A stretch of 64,000 bases of DNA from an uncultured Chthonomonadaceae bacterium (lineage in GTDB: Bacteria; Armatimonadota; Chthonomonadetes; Chthonomonadales; Chthonomonadaceae): assembly GCA_963835065.1 (NCBI GenBank), contig CAWIEK010000044.1, positions 502,339-566,338 of the forward strand, written 5' to 3'. Under the pieces are notes generated by a model. That model did not search any database, was not told the origin of the DNA, and was given only the letters and a program-made list of their open reading frames with translations. Of this stretch, positions 50,586 to 57,999 are shown piece by piece. Within the stretch, counting starts at the first letter, position 1. Every line of letters begins with the position of its first letter. Made by a program: the position numbers and the translations under genes.

Positions 50586-50900
50586 GGGAGGAGGAGTAAG
50601 GCAACGCATTTATCGTCACGCATCCGCTTTGAGATTCCGTCTCGCGCTCCGCAATTTTATTTTTTCTGCTTTAATCTGCTGTGCAATAATGGTATACTAA
50701 AATTAATACTGCCTCAGACGCATAATTTCTGCTATACTTTCCTCATCAATACCATTGGGTAATTTACACACTTCTATTTTTCCAGTTCCATCTTAGCCAT
50801 TCCATTGTAGAGGGGCGCGTATGCCTTCTCGCTCAACACAAGGGGCTGAATACCTTCTGAAAACCGAGCGCTGACAGTTGCGCATACGAGGAGCGGCTAG

Positions 50901-52928
50901 ATGAGTGGGTTCAGGCGCGCATTTTACGATAAATTTTACTATAAGAAGAGTAGTGTTGGCAGGTTCCTTTGCCTGTTAGAACTGTTGCTTTGCGCAGGAA
51001 GCGGTATCGGCCTGGGGATCGCGCAAATCGCGGGAACAACGGGTATCGCATCAAAACTCCGGGCCTATGCGCTCCAGACCGTCTTCGCCAGGAAACCCGC
51101 CGGGGATGCCGGCAAATCGCAGGCGCAATGTGACATCCTGGTTGTTGGCGGCGGCACAGGCGGCACGGCTGCGGCTATTGCCGCTGCGGAAAGCGGCGCG
51201 AATGTGGATTTGCTTGAAGAAAGCGACTGGTTCGGAGGCCAACTAACCGCGCAGGGCGTTTCCACGTTGGACGAACACCAATATATGGAGGTATTTGGCG
51301 GCACCAGCCGCTATTATCGCTTTCGGGAGGGGGTACGCGCCTACTACCGCGCCCACTACCCCCTGACCTCCGAAGCGGCCGCGCGGTCCCGCCTCGATGC
51401 AGGCCGTGGGTGGGCGGGGCCGTTCGGGTATGAGCCGAAGGTCGGTATGGCGGTCCTCAAAGCGATGGCGCTGCCACTGGAGCAGTCGGGAAGACTGCAT
51501 ATCTTCTATCATACGCGCATCGTCGGAACCGAACTCGATGCCCGAACTGGCAACACTATCACCGCTGTGGTGGCGCAAAGTTCGGATGGCGTTTATCGTC
51601 GGTTCAGGGCGCGGTATGTGCTGGACGCCACGGAATCGGGGGATGTACTGGCCTTGAGCGGCAGGAAGGGGGTTGATTGGACTGTGGGCGCCGAGGGCCG
51701 CGCCGAAACACAGGAGCCGGACGCGCCCGACAAAGCGCATTCCGAGTGGGTACAACCCCTGACATTTCCCTTTGCGCTCGACTGGTCGCCTGATACGCAA
51801 TCGGGCAATGTGATTCTTCCTCCAAAGGACTATCCACAGTTGAAAGCGCAGCAGCGCTATAGCCTGCGGTATGGCGCGATGACCGGCATGTTTAAGGGGC
51901 GCTATCCCTGGTGGACCTATCGGCGTATGCTGGCCTCTTTTAACCTTGACAAAAATGTTCGCGCAAGCGACCTGGTAATGGTCAACACGCCCGGCAACGA
52001 TTTCCGCGGCGGCAATTTGATCGGCAGCGCTGCAATAAGCGCTGCCAAAAAGCAGAACCTACAGGCACAGGCCCGGCGAGCGTCTCTTGGCTATATCTAC
52101 TGGCTGCAAACCGAATGTCCGCGCGAAGACGACCCGACAGGCCGCAGGCGCGGCTATCCCGAATTTCGGCTGCGCCGCGATGTTTTCGATACGGCGGACG
52201 GCCTCGCCCTTCAGCCTTACATCCGCGAGTCGCGCCGTATTCGCGCCTTGCGGCCAATTCTGGAGCAGGAGATCGTCGCGCTCGACGGGCATGGGCAGCC
52301 ACACCAGTCCGCGGCGCGAGCAACCTTCATGCCGGACTCGGTTGGTGTCGGCTGCTACCCGGTGGATATCCACACCTCAGATCAAGGGGATCCGCGCCGC
52401 TATCTCCCTACACGCCCGTTTCAGATTCCGTTAGGCGCTCTGATCCCTGTTCGCCTCGACAATCTGCTGCCCGCCGGCAAAAACCTGGGAACCACGCACC
52501 TCACTAATGGCGCTTACCGGGTGCAGCCACTCGAGTGGAACATAGGAGAGTCGGCGGGACTGCTGGCGGCCTATTGCCTGCGTACAGGAATGACGCCCCG
52601 CGCTGTTTATTCCAATTTGCAAGCGCGCCGCGCGTTTCAGACAGCGCTTCTGGGGGAGGGGATTCCGCTCTGCTGGTTCATTGATGTCCCGCAGGGGCAT
52701 CCCGCCTTTGTCGCTGTCCAGCGTCTGGCGATGGCCGGCGTTCCGATAGCGAACGTCGGCAATCTGCGTTTTCACCCGAAAGAGGCGATTACGACTCAGG
52801 ACTGGCTCAAATGGTGTCGGGCGCTGGGCATCGAGTCCCCGCCTCCATTCTCAGGCAGCAGAGAGGAAGCGGCTCTGCTGCTTGCCTGGTATCAAACATA
52901 TCATACGCTGCTTACACAGCCATCGTAG
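50901..52928 (+). CDS. FAD-dependent oxidoreductase (FAD_oxidored type)
   Basis: DILVVGGGTGGTAAAIAAA, DATESGD, PYIRESRR, FQIPLGALIP. Confidence 0.85.
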   Translation: MSGFRRAFYDKFYYKKSSVGRFLCLLELLLCAGSGIGLGIAQIAGTTGIASKLRAYALQTVFARKPAGDAGKSQAQCDILVVGGGTGGTAAAIAAAESGANVDLLEESDWFGGQLTAQGVSTLDEHQYMEVFGGTSRYYRFREGVRAYYRAHYPLTSEAAARSRLDAGRGWAGPFGYEPKVGMAVLKAMALPLEQSGRLHIFYHTRIVGTELDARTGNTITAVVAQSSDGVYRRFRARYVLDATESGDVLALSGRKGVDWTVGAEGRAETQEPDAPDKAHSEWVQPLTFPFALDWSPDTQSGNVILPPKDYPQLKAQQRYSLRYGAMTGMFKGRYPWWTYRRMLASFNLDKNVRASDLVMVNTPGNDFRGGNLIGSAAISAAKKQNLQAQARRASLGYIYWLQTECPREDDPTGRRRGYPEFRLRRDVFDTADGLALQPYIRESRRIRALRPILEQEIVALDGHGQPHQSAARATFMPDSVGVGCYPVDIHTSDQGDPRRYLPTRPFQIPLGALIPVRLDNLLPAGKNLGTTHLTNGAYRVQPLEWNIGESAGLLAAYCLRTGMTPRAVYSNLQARRAFQTALLGEGIPLCWFIDVPQGHPAFVAVQRLAMAGVPIANVGNLRFHPKEAITTQDWLKWCRALGIESPPPFSGSREEAALLLAWYQTYHTLLTQPS

Positions 52929-52986
52929 TTGTTGCCCCAGCCATTTCCTGCGTTTCCACATCGCGTTCAAGCCGTCTCCCGGCAGT

Positions 52987-54222
52987 TTACGGCTGCGTGA
53001 TTGCCGGGAGCAAACTTTCGCCGTGTCCGCCATGTTCAGACTGTGGCAGATGAAAGGCGTCGCGGAGGGTGGCGGCAAGGTCGGCATACGTGGCGCGGAT
53101 GCCTAAATCAACGCCGTTTTGCAGGCCCGGCCCATAGGCGAGCAGGAACGGGTACTCGCGGGAATGGTCGGTAGAGGGCGTGGTCGGGTCGTTGCCGTGA
53201 TCGGCGGTGAGGAATAACAGGTCGCCCGGTTGCAAAGCATCAAGCAGGGCGGGCAGGCTTGCGTCCCATTCCTGAAGCGCGTTCGCCATGCCCTGCGGAT
53301 CGTTGCGGTGGCCGTACAGCATATCGAAGTCTTCCAGATTGGCAAAGATTAAGGAACTGTCGTTGTTTTGCGCGGCGCGCTGCAAGGCGGCGATATGGTC
53401 GGGATTGTTAGTGGTGTGATCCCATGTCGTGATGCCGCGCCCATTGAAAATCTCGTAGATTTTGCCCACCGCGTGAACGGTTTCCCCTGCTGCAACCAGT
53501 TCGTCCAGCACGGTTGGCGGCGGCGAAACGGGATAATCCTTGCGCCGCTCCGTGCGCTTGAAATGGCCTTCCGTACCTTCAAACGGGCGGCAAATCACGC
53601 GCCCAACCGAATGTTCCCCCGTCAGCAAGCCCCGCGCAATTTCGCAAATTTCATATTGCCGCGCAATTGGTATTACCTGTTCGTGCATGGCGATTTGAAA
53701 TACGCTGTCCGCCGACGTGTATACAATCGGAAACCCGGTACGAACGTGTTCCGCCCCCAACTCCTGAATAATAGTTGTGCCGGAAGCGGCATAATTGCCC
53801 AGCGTTTTGGTTCCAATCGCGCGTTCAAAAGCGTCCAGAATCTCCGGCGGAAACCCCTTTGGGTACGTGGGAAACGGGTGGGGCAGGATAATGCCCGCCA
53901 TTTCCCAATGCCCCGTGATGGTGTCCTTGCCGGGGGAGGCTTCGCGCATTTTGCCGTAACTGCCAATGGGCGCAGGATCAGGCGGCACACCCTCAATCGC
54001 CGTGACATGCCCCAATCCAAGCCGCCCCATATTGGGCAGATGCAGCCCGCCCACCGCCTGCGCCGTATGCGCCAGCGTGTTGCTGCCCACATCGCCGTAC
54101 TTGTCCGCGTCCGGCAGTTCCCCCGCCCCCACGCCATCCAGCACCACAATAAAAACGCGCCGAATAACGTTCTGCGATTCATTATCCACTTGCTTTATAT
54201 TTTGCATGTTCGCCTGCGTCAT
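52987..54222 (-). CDS. deoB: Phosphopentomutase
   Basis: VVLDGVGAG, GKDTITGHWE, YTSADSVFQI, DFDMLYGHRND, TADHGNDPT, TDHSRE. Confidence 0.97.
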   Translation of the reverse strand: MTQANMQNIKQVDNESQNVIRRVFIVVLDGVGAGELPDADKYGDVGSNTLAHTAQAVGGLHLPNMGRLGLGHVTAIEGVPPDPAPIGSYGKMREASPGKDTITGHWEMAGIILPHPFPTYPKGFPPEILDAFERAIGTKTLGNYAASGTTIIQELGAEHVRTGFPIVYTSADSVFQIAMHEQVIPIARQYEICEIARGLLTGEHSVGRVICRPFEGTEGHFKRTERRKDYPVSPPPTVLDELVAAGETVHAVGKIYEIFNGRGITTWDHTTNNPDHIAALQRAAQNNDSSLIFANLEDFDMLYGHRNDPQGMANALQEWDASLPALLDALQPGDLLFLTADHGNDPTTPSTDHSREYPFLLAYGPGLQNGVDLGIRATYADLAATLRDAFHLPQSEHGGHGESLLPAITQP

Positions 54223-54481
54223 TTCATCCTCAATATCCTATCCAAATGTTGTTCTTGAGTTCTCCAGAGTATCGGAATGTACCTGCTTTTCACGTCAAAA
54301 TTACTGACGGCTGCAAGTAACACTCTCTTAATAATCTAAGGTTTGCTTCATTGATGCCAAAAACTCGTAAATGGAGAACAACAGCCGCAATCTGAAACTG
54401 TTCTGTGCTATACTATGTTGAATTGAACAGAAGCGGGTTTTACGTGAGCAAGTCACAGAAACATCCGATGTAGGCGGCAAA

Positions 54482-55762
54482 ATGCTTGTTGATTTCACAA
54501 TAGAAAATTTTCGCTCGATCAAAGAGCCGGTCACTCTAAGCGCTGTCGCACAGAAAACCAAAACTGTGCCGTCGGGGAAGAACTCGACGCGCTACATTAC
54601 AACAGACGATGAGATTGCCCCTCCTTTTGTTGTGGACAGGTGGAACTTTGAACTGTTACCTGCGCTGGCAATCTTTGGCGCGAACGCTTCCGGCAAAAGC
54701 AACATACTCAGGGCGCTGGATACCTTATTGGGCTTTATGCTCTATGGGGTCGTTGACGCTGCGATGCTGTTTCAAAAATTTACGCCTTATCTGCTTGCCC
54801 CTGATTGGCGTGAAACGGCCACTCGTTTTGAAATACGCATCTTTGCGGAGAAGGCGCTTTATACATACCTCTTGGATTTGAACACCGAACGTATTCTGCT
54901 TGAACAGTTAAGTTACGCCGTCGCAGAGACAAAACAGGACCGATTGCTCTACCAACGTCGCTGGAACGTCAGCCAACGCAAATATGAGTGGAAGAACGGC
55001 GCTCACTTTGCAGGCCCGCACAAACAGCTTCAACCCAGTGTCAACGAACTCAACCCTTTTCTGTCTCTGCTTGTGCGCTTAGATGTTCCAATTTTGTCCC
55101 CACTTATGGAATGGCTGGCATCTAGAACGTTCGGCGTGAGTTTAGCCTCAGAAGATATAGAGTTGCAGCGTACCGCGCATTTAGCGCTTCTGAATGAAAA
55201 GCATCTACGCCAAATATCTGCCCTGGTGCGTGTATTTGATACGGGCATTCACGAGTTTAAAGTGATGGCGTCTTCGCCTGAATATGGCGAAACGCAGAAA
55301 TTCGAGGTATTTGCTTACCATTTACAGCCTCATGGTGTCGTAAGATTGCCTTTGTCCGAAGAGTCAACTGGAACACAGCGTTTGTTTTTACTGGCAAGTC
55401 GGCTGGTATTGGCTTTTGAACATTGCACTTTGATGCTGGTTGATGAATTTTCCAACATTCATCCCCATATCACCCGCGCTTTAGTACGGATGTTTCAAAA
55501 TCCTAAAACAAACCCCAAGCGGGCACAGCTCATCTTTAGCAGTCATGACAACACGCTGCAACGCGACCACTTGCTGCGCAGGGATCAGATATGGTTCACA
55601 GAAAAACGAGTGAGTGGCAGCACCAATCTCTATTCACTCAGTGACTTCAAACCGCGCAATGATGCCGCGATTGATAGATCATACTTTGATGGTCGGTTTG
55701 GCGCAGTTCCTATTCTGCCCTCTGAAGATGAACTGGCACTAGCGGCAGCAGGAACACGCTGA
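54482..55762 (+). CDS. AAA_21 ATPase (RloA / AbiLi-like)
   Basis: FTIENFRSI, GANASGKSN, ESTGTQR, LVDE, QLIFSSH, RRDQIWFTEK, GRFGAVP; extended -10 TGCTATACT at 54406-14; low GC. Confidence 0.9.
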   Translation: MLVDFTIENFRSIKEPVTLSAVAQKTKTVPSGKNSTRYITTDDEIAPPFVVDRWNFELLPALAIFGANASGKSNILRALDTLLGFMLYGVVDAAMLFQKFTPYLLAPDWRETATRFEIRIFAEKALYTYLLDLNTERILLEQLSYAVAETKQDRLLYQRRWNVSQRKYEWKNGAHFAGPHKQLQPSVNELNPFLSLLVRLDVPILSPLMEWLASRTFGVSLASEDIELQRTAHLALLNEKHLRQISALVRVFDTGIHEFKVMASSPEYGETQKFEVFAYHLQPHGVVRLPLSEESTGTQRLFLLASRLVLAFEHCTLMLVDEFSNIHPHITRALVRMFQNPKTNPKRAQLIFSSHDNTLQRDHLLRRDQIWFTEKRVSGSTNLYSLSDFKPRNDAAIDRSYFDGRFGAVPILPSEDELALAAAGTR

Positions 55763-56421
55763 TGGCAGCCAACTTCAACCCACGAACACCCAAACGTACC
55801 AATCTGCATTTAGAAGAAAAGCCGAAAGTTGTTATCGTCTGTGAGGGAACCGAAACGGAAATAGGCTACTTCAATGCCATTCGAACGCATCTGAGACTTT
55901 CTGACTTTTTGATTCCGGTTCTCCATTCCGGGGCAACAAATCCGCGAAATATCGTTGCATTTGCCGCTGCAAAGCGTAAAGAGCAAATCAGGCTTCGGAT
56001 ATGGGACGAGAAAGTAAGAGGAGACAGCGTTTGGGCGGTTTACGATGGCGTTGAACACTATTATCATAACAAACGGGATTGGGACGAAGCGCTTGACCTT
56101 GCGAAAAGCAATAACGTTCAGCTTGCAATTACAAATCCGAGTTTTGAGTTGTGGTATCTGCTCCACTTTCAGGAGCAGACAGGTTGGATAGAACGGGACG
56201 CGGCTTATATTCAATTGAAAGAGAAGCACATCAAAACGTATGAGAAAGGCAATGTGTTATACCCCGAACCTTTGAAAGCGCGAACCAACGTAGCTATTGA
56301 ACGGGCGCGGCGACTGGCGAAGTACGCGCAAGAAAACAACTTGAAACTGCACGAATGTCTTTGCGCAGAGGGCGTTGCCGATCTCGTTACGCTTTTGCTC
56401 AGTCTATCTCCGCCCACCTGA
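55762..56421 (+). CDS. rloB: RloB-family TOPRIM-like protein (AbiLii-like)
   Basis: IVCEGTETEIGYF, VWAVYDG, TNPSFELWYLLHF; TGATG overlap with the ATPase. Confidence 0.9.
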   Translation: MAANFNPRTPKRTNLHLEEKPKVVIVCEGTETEIGYFNAIRTHLRLSDFLIPVLHSGATNPRNIVAFAAAKRKEQIRLRIWDEKVRGDSVWAVYDGVEHYYHNKRDWDEALDLAKSNNVQLAITNPSFELWYLLHFQEQTGWIERDAAYIQLKEKHIKTYEKGNVLYPEPLKARTNVAIERARRLAKYAQENNLKLHECLCAEGVADLVTLLLSLSPPT

Positions 56422-56436
56422 CGTTTCCACCCACAT

Positions 56437-56488
56437 AAAACGCCTTGTTCTGCTGCATTTTACTGCATAGGCAGAACAAGGCGTTTTT
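56437..56488. terminator. Bidirectional intrinsic terminator
   Basis: AAAACGCCTTGTTCTGC / GCAGAACAAGGCGTTTT. Confidence 0.75.
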
Positions 56489-56602
56489 ATATCAGCCATC
56501 ACGCGCAAAGCGCTGTCTGACCACCAAAAATCAACACGCCATTTACATCTATTTGCGTTCATTCGCGTGTATTTGCGGCTAATTCTTCTCTATGTGGCGC
56601 GG

Positions 56603-57625
56603 TTAGAAACCGAGGGACACGCTGAGAAGGGTTTCGCCGGGGCCATACGCGATGTTGAAATAGTGCCCCGCGCCCACCCCCAATGTGACGCGGTTGCGGT
56701 ACAGGCCGATACGTCCCTGCACGTAGCGGAACGGGCTGTACTCCGCGCCCAGATTAAGCGCGGTATTGTTGCCGCCGATTTCGCCAATGTCGGCGGCGAA
56801 AAGCAGCTTGCGGTTGCTGGTGCGGTACGCGGCTCCAACCGAAAGATTGGTCGGCATCACGTCCTGCCCGTTCATGCGCAGGTTAGGATGGAACACATCG
56901 CGCAGGGTCGCGCCCACAGAAATAGCGGGCGATACATGGTGCAGAACGCCCACATCCGCGCCAAACGCAAGGCTGGTGCGCCCGGTTGTCGTTGTGACGG
57001 GCAGGGTGGCGTTGGTTCCATCGAAACGGACATTGATGCTTGTCGGCTGGTAATTGGTCAGCTTCAAATTAATGCCCGCTGAGGTGCGCGAATCAGTTTG
57101 TATGGCCGCGCTGGCAACGGTCTGGAACGCGATCACGGCATTGATGTTGGCCTGGCTGCCCGGTTCGGGAACCTGCTGCCCCTGAAAATTGAGGTAGCGA
57201 AAGCCCACACCGCCCTGCGCATTGCGCGGAACCACCTGCCCGACCGCAAACGGCACAAACGACAGCGCGAAGCGGGGCGCGACAACCGCCGCATCTCCGC
57301 TTACATCCGCCTGCGTGATGCCGTTCCCCGCTCGCCGCGCAAACGCGATCTGCCCGGCGGTACTGGAAGGAAAGTGACTGAGCAATGTATCGGCGGAAAG
57401 CGGCCCGGTCAGGCGGGCGTTCAAATCCGGCAGGGCGGCATGAAAGTGGTGCAGTTGGGCAAGCCCCGCCGGGTTCCAGTAGGGCGCATACGCATCATCG
57501 GCGACAGCGGTATACGCGCCGCCCATGCCCAATGCGCGAGCGCCCAATCCAAGCTGCGCAAAGGACGGCAGTGACAAACCAACCAGGCTCAAAGTAAGCA
57601 GGGAAAGCAAGACAAATCGAGACAT
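56603..57625 (-). CDS. Outer-membrane beta-barrel protein (PorV/TraF/FadL-like)
   Basis: Signal peptide; GARALGMGGAYTAVADDAYAPYWNPAGL; C-terminal Phe. Confidence 0.8.
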   Translation of the reverse strand: MSRFVLLSLLTLSLVGLSLPSFAQLGLGARALGMGGAYTAVADDAYAPYWNPAGLAQLHHFHAALPDLNARLTGPLSADTLLSHFPSSTAGQIAFARRAGNGITQADVSGDAAVVAPRFALSFVPFAVGQVVPRNAQGGVGFRYLNFQGQQVPEPGSQANINAVIAFQTVASAAIQTDSRTSAGINLKLTNYQPTSINVRFDGTNATLPVTTTTGRTSLAFGADVGVLHHVSPAISVGATLRDVFHPNLRMNGQDVMPTNLSVGAAYRTSNRKLLFAADIGEIGGNNTALNLGAEYSPFRYVQGRIGLYRNRVTLGVGAGHYFNIAYGPGETLLSVSLGF

Positions 57626-57766
57626 AACAACTCCTGAAGCGGCAAAGCAAAAGTAGCGAACCAAGCTCGTCCATGAGGTAGCGAACTACAACGTGGTTCA
57701 GAAACGGGGAGGAATGTAAATCAACATTCCATTATCGGCAGGTCAAATCAAAAACTGGAGTCACTA

Positions 57767-57906
57767 TTCACCACCAAGACACCAGGAACACCAAGAAAGA
57801 CGAGAAGAAGGACGTTGTAAATTGCAGAAGATGTCAAGCACTTCGCGCGTTATGATCCTTTGTTGTTATCTGCTTTACTTGGTGTTCTTGGCGACTTGGT
57901 GGTGAA
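57767..57906. mobile_element. MITE-like palindrome family 2, copy 2
   Basis: Same TIR and ACGAGAAGAAGGACGTT...TTCGCGCGTT...CTGCTTTACTTGG core as 36607-36747. Confidence 0.8.
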
Positions 57907-57999
57907 TAATCAAAAATTGGCGTTGTCTTTTCGTTTATTTCGCGTCTTTAGCGGTTCCGTCTCCCCTTCCCCTCTTCTCCTTTTCTCCTTTTCTTCCTT

